DNA of 64,000 nt, taken from NCBI RefSeq assembly GCF_964204645.1, contig NC_134033.1, forward strand, positions 16,376,655 to 16,440,654, in the 5' to 3' direction. A program made the position numbers and the translations under genes. This DNA is from Tubulanus polymorphus (taxonomy: Eukaryota; Animalia; Nemertea). The notes below the pieces were generated by a model. That model had not been told where the DNA came from. It saw nothing but the letters and a program-made list of their open reading frames with translations, and made no database searches. This document shows positions 23,959 through 36,184 of the stretch, piece after piece. Positions within the stretch are counted from its first letter, which is position 1, and every line of letters begins with the position of its first letter.

Positions 23959-26900
23959 GGCCATAACAGTGGCACGCGACCTAAGTTGTCCTCCACTATA
24001 ACCAGTAACTGGATTATAATCAGTAACCGGACATTAGAAATTATAATCAGTAACTGGGCTAACAATCCGCCACACATTCGCATCGTTTTTTTTTTTCACG
24101 GTCCGCCTGCCGATAACTGAAGATTAAATTCGCCTCAGGGCGGTTGATATCTGCAGAAGCTAAATTCGCTTCTCATTCGTTTAGTTCGACTATAGTCGAC
24201 TAACTCGGAAGGTGGCCCTGGGTTCGTGAAAATGATTCACGGGCGAGAAGCAGTTAATTTTATAGCTTGGCAGAGAAATAGGGGTGTTACTAAAAACTAT
24301 GCGCTACTAAAACGTAGGCCTATGCACTTTTGAGGTATTAAAACTATGCATGACTAAAAAGAAGTCCGAAGATACTCGAAATCATCACTTGGGCCGCTCT
24401 GTGTACCACCACTGGCGGAACGTAAATTGGTCGGTTTTCTCGGGTGCATATAGTTATCGTTTTTAGTAGTGCTTCGTTTTAGTAACACTTGTAACAACGA
24501 ATGACAACTTTCAAAATCAATCATATTTATTCTCATACAACAATTATACAAAATGCCAGGTTTGTGCTCGAGGAATTATAACGTAAGCTCCTCAAACACG
24601 TGGACTTTCAAAAACAACTAGTCCAACCACCATAGGCGTATAAACTATAAATGAGAGTTTATACGTCCATGGGTCCAACCATAGACTCTAAAACAGAGCG
24701 TAAATGGCCCACAACCATGGACTCTAAACTGTAAGAGTCCATGGCTCCCCGCACTAAAACCAGAGATAAACCTGGCCGAATACTCAGGAAAGCGTAGGAT
24801 TTCAAGTAATCAATCTGATTTACATATGTTACATCATTTTATTTTCACATATCAAATTATTAACTTTTAGCTTATTTTCTCAAATTTTGATAGTAATTTC
24901 ATTTCTATTACGAGATTGTACTAACTTAAAACAAATTAACATGTAAGGTATTTAGAAGTCTTTATCTACGATACATTTCCACTACAGCTGATTCAATTTG
25001 CATCAATAACAAAAATACACAAATAATTGTAAACATCGATCCATTAACCAACGAAAATTGGACGAGTCTAAGATTATGAATTTGACAATTCATGAGGTCA
25101 ATATAACCGAAACTTGTTATATTTCATGAAATATGAATCTATCATCGTCAACTTTTCAAATGACATCGAGATTGAGAACATCTCATTTATCAAGAAAAAG
25201 CTCAACTTTTTTCGATAGGACCTTAATAAATCAGTGTTTTATGAACAATTCACATGAACGTGTCATTTTACCCCCCCCCCCCCACAACAACAATCATACC
25301 TAAATGACAGGTATTTATGTACTCGGGGAAGTGCCTCAGTCATTTACAAAAACGTGACCTGTATTTCAAAAAATTCTCCAACATAAAAACATTAAAACCA
25401 GAGATAAAACCACAAATTCAAACTGGAAAGCTTATGATTAACTAAACAGTCTTTGATTTAATTTTCATTTTAACATTATTTTAAGATAACTAGAGTTTTG
25501 CCACCTTTGTCTTTAAGAGGTTTTCAGACATTATCAAATTGGTTATTTTCTCAAATGTTACATTTAATGCAAAGTATTTTGGAGGTATTCTCTTCTATGC
25601 ATACAACAAGATAAATTGAGTATATAAATATTGTTCAAATGTCAATTTGAATATAGCTAGGGCAATTACTAATAACTAATTGCCTTGATATCTACAATTA
25701 AGTTAGATTCAATAACTTTTTGAAGTGCTTCTTGTGCAGATATCTCAGGACCCATATAGTAGACATTGTTAAACCATGGTTTTAGAGTCCATGTATAGCT
25801 GGCACAATCTACTAATTGATACTGTTCACATATCCTCATTTATCAAATTTTCCATAAGGGCCTTAATAAAAATAGTATTCTATGAACCAGTGAAAAAGTA
25901 GCAATACACGTAACAAAACGGTTCAAAATAAAAACATTAGGCCTACAAATTCACTCACTCTGGAAAGCATAAGGTTAACTGATTCTTAATCATTACAAGA
26001 AAACTAAAAACATTGCCAAATTCTAAAAACATTGCCAAATTTTCCTCGTCTTTAAGAGATTTCTTTAAACATTATCAACTGGCTTATTTCACAAATGTTA
26101 CAATTGAAACAAAGCAGGGTCCGATCTAAGCCCAGGACAAGTATATTTTCATTAGGACATGTAGCTTATCATAATCACTCGTCGACCCGGATAGTGAAAT
26201 CTATGTCTCAAAGCTTTTATCCCACTCGATGCAAGGGATGATGTGTCACAATTGGACTGCTCTCGAATACAATCAAGTTGATTTTTGAGGGGGCAAGCGA
26301 TATTACATATATGCTTGCACCAAGGTCAAGTGGCATTTATTCCTTAGATCGAACCCTGCAAACTATTATTAAGGTTTTTCTTTGTGATAATCTAAAAACA
26401 AATCTAGTATCTTCATATAAATATGGTTTGACTGACGAAGCTCCAGTAACTTCTAAAAATTTATATTATTTGACTTGATAGTAGATATTAATACAACTCT
26501 GTATAAAGATCAGAAATTCTTCTTAACCAGATATTACAGGCCCCACATAGATGCGGTTAAACCGATAATCAAAACAAAGCTAGGACATTTGACCAATTAG
26601 CACTGTATCCTCAAGTTAGCCTATCAAGAAACTCTGACCTTCTATTCTAAGCTCCTGCTATTTTCGACAGGGCCTTAATTCAATCAGGATTTTATCAACC
26701 ACTGAAAAGCACCACAGTGGAATTGTTGCTATAAAACTTAACAACTGAAAAGTTTCAACACGAATGGTGAAAATGTACATCGTTTTATTCACACAACAAT
26801 AATATCTTAACCGAGGAATCATCCTGCAAGTTCCTAATTTCGAAACACGCGAACTGTATTACAATAACAGTCTCCAACATAGAGCATTAAAACTAGAGAT

Positions 26901-28769
26901 GGAACATACAGATTCACTCTGGAACTCTAAGTATCAACTAATCATTACTTTTACTAGAAAACTAGAATTTTGCCAACTTTGCCTTGTCTTAAAGATGTCC
27001 AAATACCTAGACCTTAAATACTAAGTATTCTGACGTTTTTCCTGGCAGCTTCAACATAATTATACAATCGGTAACTAATCAATAACATCAATAACTTAAG
27101 TTTATAGCTGTTGTAAATTCTTTCTAAAAAGTAAAATGTATGTACCAGATTTTAGAACATGTAAAACAATGAACAGTCACAGCAGTGATTGAGCGCGGCT
27201 AGTTGAAAGGACGGGTCGATCTTTCATCACAGTTATTCAAAGCATTCTATCATATCAGTTATTTTTTTAAATGTTTTCGATTTAGTTAAGGTTTATGGTT
27301 ATTTGTTTTGTTCATTACAATAACTGAGTTGATAGAATGCTTTGAATAACAACAGAAAAGATCTCGGGTTTTCGCTATACTTAGGGAAGGTTGTTCGATA
27401 AATGAAGAACCTTGTTGATAAATATTTGAAAAAATGCCTTTTCATGTAAATAGAATATTAATTTGTTCATTGTTTGTATTGTTGTTTATTATTTCATCTT
27501 TTTATATATACATATTATCTATTTATGTATGTACTTGTATTTTGTATTATGTATTATTTATACTCCTCTATTTACAACTGCAGGCATTTTTTCACTGTAA
27601 AGTTTCTGGGCCCATTTTAGAAAAGCACTACCGATTCACTGCCACTCCTTGATAATCATTATACACCCAATTTGAAGCCAAGTGATTATTCACGAGAGCC
27701 ATCTCGTGATATGGATTTACCCATTATAATAACGAATGTTCAAACAGCTATAAACAATGTTAAAACGTTCAAAATTAGTCCTAGCTATAACTTTATGCCT
27801 TGTTATTCCTAGCTTTACCTCTCAAATGTAAATAATGGTCTCCTTTCAAATAAAGCTTTCGATTTCAAATACGTAGCAATGATCATCAAACAGATTGATG
27901 GAGGCTCAAAGTTAAAACTCGATGTGAAAATCGACACACACGATTCAATTGTGAAAGTGGGCCTTCGAAAATATATATCCATCAAATAAATGCATCTACA
28001 ATTCAGCGAATACTTAATATTTGTACATCAACACTGGCCTAACGTTATGTTCTATGTTTCCTAACTATGTGATACCTACACGGACAAATAGCCATAGTTG
28101 ACTATGTTTAACTATGGTAAAGTTAAAAGATTAAACTCACAATATCATGTTGAAACTATATCTCAGTTTAGGAGTTAACTCAACAGACCTACGAGTTCAA
28201 ACAAGGCGCTCGACGCGACCATTTACCCCTAGTGACTAACCTAACTTGACTTCTCTATCAACCAAGGATCGAAGACCAATATCGTGAATTAATGGAGCTT
28301 AGCTTTTATTAGACTCTCACATTGCATAAAACATTATAAAATAATTTCCTTGAAAACACTATATCAGACTGGTTTGAAAAAGGGTGATAAGTAAAAAAAT
28401 CAATACTTTAATACAGAAATCTGCTATTGTCTTTGCCGCTCCTGGATCTCAGTGTTTATAAGATGCACTATTGTTTATGCTGCTCCTAATAAGATACACT
28501 ATTGTCTTTGCTGCTTTTAAAACAGTGCTTATCCTGAATCAGTGTTTATGAGATAATCCCGTAGCTGAATCAGTGTTTATAAGATTCACTATAGTCTCTG
28601 CTGCTCCTGATAAAATATTCTATAGAAATCAACCACCGTTTGTAGAAGAATCCATCATTGAGTGATTAATCCGTTGCTGGCTCCTCAACTTCTCATCTGG
28701 GCTTCTGCAGTTTTCATCAGCAAATGGGTCAATCAGTATTCATCTACTTGTAGATTTTCTGATGAGTAG

Positions 28770-29590
28770 ATGATCTCAAGCTGGGCTTCTTCTTATAGTT
28801 CAAATTTAGCTGCAATGATTAAAAGAAGATATCCTGTAATGACAAAATATTTCAATAAGAATCAATGGAAATAATTTCATGTATATCAAGTTACCTTTTA
28901 TGATTGCTGGGTTTGTTATCGGTGTGGATCATCTAAAGTTGTTGGGTTAATGAGTTCGATTCTGTTGGCCTCATCTGTTCGCTGTTCAAGTTGGTCGATT
29001 TTGGACGAGTAGCTGATCTCCAGCTGGGTTTCTTCTTATAGTTGAAATTTAGCTGCAATGATTAAAAGTAGATATCCTGTAATGACAAAATATTTCATTA
29101 AGAATTAATCATAATAATTTCATGTATATCAAGTTACCTTTTATGATTGCTTGGTTCGTTATCGGTGTGGATCATCTTAAGTTGGTTGGTTATGAGTTCG
29201 ATTCTAGTAGGCTGTGCACCGTTCAAGTTGGTCGATTTTGGACGAGTAGTTGATCTCAAGCTGGGTTTCTTCTTATAGTTGAAATTTAGCTGCAATGATT
29301 AAAAGTAGATATCCTGTAATGACAAAATATTTCAATAAAATTAATGGAAATAATTCCATGTATATCAAGTTACCTTTTATGATTGCTGGGTTCGTTATCG
29401 GCGATTATCTTATTAGTTGATTGGTTAATGAGTTAGATTCTGTTGGCCTCATCTGTTCGCTGTTCAAATTGGTCGATTTTTGACGAATATAGTTGATCTC
29501 AAGCTGGGTTTCTTCTAATAGTTGAAATTTAGCTGCAATGATTAAAAGAAGATATCCTGTGATGACAAAATATTTCATTTAGAATTTATC
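28770..29590 (-). repeat. About 240-bp tandem repeat (3.5 copies), each unit resembling one exon plus a 61-nt GT-AG intron on the minus strand; candidate lncRNA
   Basis: Periods are 243, 237 and 243 bp. Each unit has an acceptor ttttgtcattacAG and a donor AAAAG/GTAACT (e.g. introns 28894-28834 and 29137-29077). No reading frame is conserved. A diverged further copy lies at 30310-30430. Confidence 0.6.
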
Positions 29591-29696
29591 ATAATAATTT
29601 CCATAAATAATATACCTAGAATAGCCTACTCAAGTTATATTCGTAACACCGAACAAATTATAAGCGAACATACGATACCTAGTCGAATGAAATGCT

Positions 29697-29798
29697 CGCC
29701 ATTTTGTTTTAGGTTCCACATTGGGTTTTCCCAATGGGGTTTCCCAATTACATCAGAAGTTCCTGGAATTTCCGGTATATCCAACAAACAGCCAATCA
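29697..29798. promoter_or_regulatory. Promoter-like cluster: three NF-kB/Rel-type sites, a YY1 motif and a CCAAT box
   Basis: GGGTTTTCCC (29723-32), GGGGTTTCCC (29736-45), TGGAATTTCC (29764-73), CGCCATTTT (about 29697-705) and AGCCAATCA (about 29790-98). Confidence 0.45.
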
Positions 29799-32700
29799 CA
29801 TTCAATGTAGCTCAGGTAACGAGGTCAACTCAGATAAATAGAAGCAAGAAAATTTTGGGGGTTCATAAAGTGAGGACCCGTAGGTCGAAAAGTACATCGA
29901 GATGAGTCGCAAAAAAAACGGCAACACTTCCAGGAAGGATTGAACTTTTATATATTTCAATTCCAAGTATGCTAATTCTCATATATGAAAATGTGCCATT
30001 ACTTAGTGCTAAAAAGCAGGGTTTTTACGTGTTTTTCAAGAATAAGTCCCCTAAAAATAACTTGATCACTATGAAATTTTTGTGGGCTCGAGAACTCATT
30101 ATAAGCCAAACAATGACACCAAAAATCAACACTATTGGTTCAACAGCCAATGTTTATGCCTTGTTGAAACACCGGTACTCTATTCATTTTCAATGAAAAC
30201 TGCTTCTTCAGACCATTTGCATAGGCAAACCTACGGTTCGCCAAAAATCAACTTACATTTCAAGTTTGCTGGGGTCAGTATCGGTTGAAATGTTCCGAGT
30301 TTGTATCAAATATCAAATTACCTTCTATGATGGCTGGGTTCATTATCGGAGGATCTCCTAAGTTGGTTGGTTGAGTTTCATCCAAATTGGCCCCTTCTGT
30401 GCACTGTTCTCTAATCGGCAGATCTTAGTTGATGAGCTCTCGTTCGACTTTTTTAGTTGGTGTCCCTTACGATCGTGACACACCTGCCAGGAGCGAAACA
30501 GGCGGGAATCGAAGAACAGATATAGTTGTGTGATCGTCGGTCGATTCTACATCATTTTTTTTCGATAATTTTACAATATTTGGTCTTTTTTTTTCATGTA
30601 GTCCGAAAGTTTACAAGGTTGAAGATAATTTTGTCTAATTTTTTTTTTGAAATCGAAGTACAGATATAGTTGTGTGATCGTCGGTCGATTTTACATCATT
30701 TTTTTCGGAATCGAAGTACTTCTTTGTCTTCTTGGGTTTCGTCGAAGCTGAAATTGAGAAAAAGAAAAACATTTTGTAGTCACACATTTCTTCATCATTA
30801 ATCCTAATTTACGTGGGTATCAACTTAACTTTCAAGATTGCCGAGTTCAGTATTTTTTTCGGCATCTTCTGTAGTCGCCTTCTAGCATCTTCCTCTTCAA
30901 CTTCTTGGGAGTCCTGAAATGAAAAAAAGAGAAGAGCGATGAAAACCTGGTACGGAACAAAACTAATGTTCGAAAGCTTTTCAGCTCTCCGTCGCCGGTC
31001 ACATGCCGAGAACACCAGACAATGAGCCAGCCAGGAATATACTGCCCTCTACACGCCCTCACACAGAACGCGAAAACCAGAATGACAACGCCCCACATTC
31101 CCCATCTAACTGCAGGATGTACTGGGCGACGTCAGTAACTGACACACCTGTAAAATTGCACGAAACACAAATAGCGCAGTGCAACCAGCTTGACCGGGTT
31201 GAGATTCAGGATCTCAACTAGCACTCAAAAGCGTGACAAGAGACTTCATCCACTGACCGAGGTTGTCACAAGGACACAATGAAACTAGCACTCACAAGCC
31301 GACAAGAGACTTCATCCACTGACCGGGGTTGTCACAAGGACACAATGAAAACTAGCACTCAAACTAGAAATCAAAGAGCGTGACAGTAGAATCATCCCTC
31401 AGCCGACTCAGAATACCAGAAACAAAGAGCGTGACAGTAGAATCATCCCTCATCCGGGCGGTCACAAGGACACAATGAATGCTAGTAGCGTGACAATCCA
31501 GTATAACCGCTCCATTTGTATCCCGCGCAATCCCACAAATATGCCCGTCATTGACATCACTCAGCACACTTTGTAGATAGGTGGGGGCAGTGAGGCCTCG
31601 TCATCCTGGTTTTCGTGTTCCGTATGAGGGCGTGTAGAGGGCAGAATTTCCTGACCGACTCTTTGTCTGACATCCTCGACACATGAGCGGCGAAGGAGAG
31701 CTGACGCTTTCGGACATTAGTTTTGTTCCAGCAAACTTTGAAATTCGACAGAGAAATCGGCCCTGAAAAATAAAACGGGTTAATTGCTGAAAAATAGAAC
31801 GGATTAATAAACACGGAACAGTACAGGACAGCACAGAGACAAACAGTAACACATAAAACATAAAGACGTCGTTCCTCAGGAAGCAGGAACAGGAGCAAGA
31901 GCGGGAGCGCAGCGAAAATCGCCAGGAGGAGAATCCACGGTAGCATGTTCACAGTGTGAGTAAGCTGAGGTGAATGGCCTATGCTTGTGTACACCGTGGT
32001 CAGCCGGTGACGAATTCAATAGCGCGTATAAATGATATCAACAACTCTGAAAAACCGCAATTGTGTCTTTATTGTTGAATGGGTTTACATTATGAAAGGT
32101 TCCACCGCCGGGTTGAATACGCGCCAGTAGTCAGCTGAACAATATAGTGGAGGAACTTTAATAAGGCCATGAAATAAATTACTTGATTCCCAACAGCTAC
32201 TTCCGAATTTATTAGCCGCCGGGCCTGTTTTTTTTTTCTTAAATTCTAGAATAATTTATAGATTATACCGACCGATAGCTCTTCAGTTTAAGATTCACAC
32301 CAACACAGGTCCTCATATCATAGAAACCGCGTAAACATTTACTAATGAAATTAGTTTATTTGTCACGGACAGTTCATGCACCCCGAGCTAACAACTCACA
32401 GCATGCACGAGGCCGAGTTAGGCGGTCTATTTGAGTCATTGAGGGAAAACCCACTAATACCGTGTATTCATGTAATCATCATTCATACTGTTATCACAGA
32501 ATCCCATCAACAGACAGATGTTCATTTTTTTTTAAACTTGATTCATATTGAGGGGAGACATATTAGGCTTTTTTATTTACTTGGAGCGCCGATCCTCTGA
32601 AATTCTACCAAATACTTCATGCTTACCACTCATAATTTAAAAAAAAAACAAATTGTTTTCTTTAATTTTGATACTGGATTAAACGGTACATCATCATGTA

Positions 32701-33132
32701 AATTTAGGAAAGTCCATATTGGAATTTCGTTTTTTGTTCCAATTTACTCTTATCCCATTTTTGATTTTGGTCAGAGTATGGCGGTATCAAATCATGCGTA
32801 CAGGGTCGACAGTCTGTCCATGAGGATACTAGTTGTAATAAGTCAGAAAAGTCATGATTAGGCAATGATGCAATTCACTAAGTGAAAAACGGCCACTTGC
32901 CACTTTTTCCGCATTAAGTGTTAAATTTTGCTTAGCCTACAAAAATCATGTCATCATTGATGCCGGTCCTCTGATAGAAGAAAAATAAACTCAAAAGAAA
33001 AACCATTCAGTAAATGATAATAATATTTAGTTTATTAATCACAATGCAATAAAAGTAGTAATTGTCAATTTGCCTCATGCTAATTCATACGCTTGCTGTT
33101 GTAATGTGTCTCTGGTGAAATTAATCCCTTAA

Positions 33133-33866
33133 AGCCGCGTTCACACGACAACTAGTAAGACCGGTCTAAATGGGTCCGTACCTGGTCCGGTCCAAATTTA
33201 GACCGGACCAAATTTTGGTGAGCGTTCACACGGCGTTTTGACACGCGGTGATAAAATCGCTTGTCACCGGGCCCACAAGATGTCGCCATCTGCTAAATAA
33301 TTAATTGCGTCTGGATGAAGTCTTGCTACCAGATTCCAAGTAGGACAAGGCATTCTTCATTTGACCAATTCGATCCTCTGTCAGGTTTAGACATTTTTGC
33401 GAATTCGATTTTATTCGATCATGCTGAAACTCTAAGTATCATTTAAACACGGTTTAAAGCACCGCAGTAAAACTGATGATGATCGCGATAAACGAATACG
33501 AATTACGCTCCAAACATTTCCATTGAATAGGGAGGAAAAAGAGTACTTAAAAAATAATTACATAAACGCTAATAAAAGCATTTAAAACTTAATAAACTGG
33601 ACTCACACTCTACCGCAGAGGTTGCGACATCTGCCGCAGATATTTAGAATTACAATTTAGACCAGACCTGGTACCAGTTTCTGTCCACACATGGATATTT
33701 AGACCGGTCCAAGATTTGGTCCGGACCTGGTTCCCTCTTTTAGACCGTGCCAAATTAACCCGGTCTAAACTAGACCGGTCTAATTTGGAACGGTATTTTT
33801 GCCCGTGAGAATGCTTGGTCCGGACCAAATTTAGACCGGTCTCAATTTCGTCGTGTGAACGCGCCT
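33133..33866. mobile_element. Non-autonomous PIF/Harbinger-type DNA transposon
   Basis: 17-bp TIRs AGCCGCGTTCACACGAC / GTCGTGTGAACGCGCCT (16/17 match), a TAA duplication on both sides and subterminal TAGACCGGTC repeats; no transposase ORF. Confidence 0.85.
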
Positions 33867-34042
33867 TAAGTTCTTATCTTTGTCTCTTGGTGAAATAATG
33901 TACGTTCGATATTGACCCTCGCCCTCAATGACTCTCACCTTTCTTTCCCGTCACCTGAAATAATAAAAAGAAAGTATTTCTTAGTGGTTAATTATTGATG
34001 TCGAAAAGTCTGCAAAACATTCTTAGAATCTTGAAAATTATA

Positions 34043-34194
34043 CAGCGGAACCTCGTTGCAACGAACTTCGGGGCACCAGAAAATCTGTTAGTTATAATTC
34101 GTTATATCAAGTGTGGAAATAATTGATTTTGTCTTATCTGGAATGAAATTTAGTTTTGTAGTAACTGATAAATTGTTCAAACGAGGTTCCACTG
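34043..34194. mobile_element. Tc1/mariner (pogo-type) MITE
   Basis: TIRs CAGCGGAACCTCGTT / AACGAGGTTCCACTG with a TA duplication. A related copy in the opposite orientation lies at 51948-52112. Confidence 0.8.
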
Positions 34195-35014
34195 TAAACA
34201 GAGTTCTACAGATGGTGAAAATGTCTCAGAATTCATTGTCTCAATGCAGGTTGAAATTCCAAATAAGGAAATAACATCTGACGAAATCATCTTGAAAATA
34301 ACATCTTAAAATTGATCTACGCTGGTCGACGAAAATGAAAATCTTCACCCGTTAACGAAAATATCATCTTTTGAAATGATCTTGAAAATAACAATCTTTA
34401 AATCGATCTACACCGGGCGATGAAAAAAACAATCTTACGACGGGCGCCTTCGTCGGCATTTGAAACTTACTTGTTTGAAGTCGAACATGGTCGTAGCCAT
34501 CTCAGGTGAACCGATAGATCCTAAATAGTTAATAACGGTTGTCTCTTCACCTCCTTGATTATCATTTACGAATATCTGGAAAATTAACATAATGCGTGGA
34601 TAATTAACTCGAATAAAACTAATGTCTCCAACAATCCCCAAAAATCTTTGAATCAACGACAAGTAGACTGTGCTTCAGGTGAAAAACTAAATTGTGTTGA
34701 AATCAGCCTTTTCTAGAGTCTTAAAAGAATCTTAGAGAATCAATCTTTAACTTCCATCTAAAGACTAATAGAAATTCATTGAATTGGCAGTTTTTTTTCA
34801 AACTCTTTCGAAGCTGCTGTAATTTTTCTGTTTTTTTTTTTCGAATTTGAACTGTAACTGTTTTAACTATTGAAATATGAAATGATTTTCATTCTTACCG
34901 AATTGCTGGAAACATTTTTGAATTTGACGTATCGTAGCGGTATTAAAGTTCCTTCTTTTACATCATCCGCGGTCAATCTGCGTTCAAAAAGAAACAAGAT
35001 GAAAGAGACTCAGG

Positions 35015-35017
<3 letters not shown>

Positions 35018-35059
<42 letters not shown>

Positions 35060-35645
35060 AGGGAGGGAGGGAGGGAGGGAGGGAGGGAGGGAGGGAGGGA
35101 GGGAGGGAGGGAGGGAGGGAGGGAGGGAGGGAGGGAGGGAGGGAGGGAGGGAGGGAGGGAGGGAGGGAGGGAGGGAGGGAGGGAGGGAGGGAGGGAGGGA
35201 GGGAGGGAGGGAGGGAGGGAGGGAGGGAGGGAGGGAGGGAGGGAGGGAGGGAGGGAGGGAGGGAGGGAGGGAGGGAGGGAGGGAGGGAGGGAGGGAGGGA
35301 GGGAGGGAGGGAGGGAGGGAGGGAGGGAGGGAGGGAGGGAGGGAGGGAGGGAGGGAGGGAGGGAGGGAGGGAGGGAGGGAGGGAGGGAGGGAGGGAGGGA
35401 GGGAGGGAGGGAGGGAGGGAGGGAGGGAGGGAGGGAGGGAGGGAGGGAGGGAGGGAGGGAGGGAGGGAGGGAGGGAGGGAGGGAGGGAGGGAGGGAGGGA
35501 GGGAGGGAGGGAGGGAGGGAGGGAGGGAGGGAGGGAGGGAGGGAGGGAGGGAGGGAGGGAGGGAGGGAGGGAGGGAGGGAGGGAGGGAGGGAGGGAGGGA
35601 GGGAGGGAGGGAGGGAGGGAGGGAGGGAGGGAGGGAGGGAGGGAG
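35018..35645. repeat. (GA)n followed by about 590 bp of perfect (GGGA)n
   Basis: Seen directly; generates the spurious REGG/PPSL ORFs. Confidence 0.97.
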
Positions 35646-36043
35646 CTTTTTTGCTGCAGTTCCATCTGAAAAATTAAGTTGAATAATTTGAATTTGAATG
35701 TAAGGAGTTTTAAGGCAGAAACTTTCAAATTGTGAGGAAGTGTCTGTATCACTTTCAAATCCCAATTACTGTAGACTCCTCATAAATGGGTACTGTTTAT
35801 CTCAGTAAGCCGTTAATTCAGTGTTTTGTAGGCAAGTTTTATCCTCAGCACTACCTTAACTTGGCTTCTAATTCAGTATCTGGCCTACCTAGTAATTGGG
35901 TAATGAAAAATCCTCGTCCCAACTTTACAGATTCAGGCATAGTCTAATGTACAACTACAAAAATTTCTAAATTTCCTATTTCTCAAAATTGAAGGAGTTT
36001 CAAGCACCTTTTAACAGCTTTTTCAGTTTTAAAGGAGTTTTGA

Positions 36044-36184
36044 AGGAATCAAGGAGACATGGGGACCCTGTTTAAAGGAATTAAGGAGACATGGGGACCC
36101 TGTTTAAAGGAATTAAGGAGACATGGGGACCCTGTTTAAAGGAATCAAGGAGACATGGGGACCCTGTTTAAAGGAATCAAGGAG
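36044..36184. repeat. About 33-bp tandem repeat, 4 copies, at the end of a dispersed repeat
   Basis: AAGGAATYAAGGAGACATGGGGACCCTGTTTA repeats. The adjacent 35700-36040 segment is homologous to 20310-20480 and, inverted, to 59470-60180. Confidence 0.8.

Noticed and set aside
31557-31994. 145-aa hydrophobic ORF
   Set aside because: It has a non-ATG start, crosses apparent splice signals and low-complexity sequence, and shows no recognisable family.
34870-35765. Three 250-270 aa ORFs
   Set aside because: They are translations of the (GGGA)n tract; only a few flanking codons overlap real TXNL1 exon remnants.
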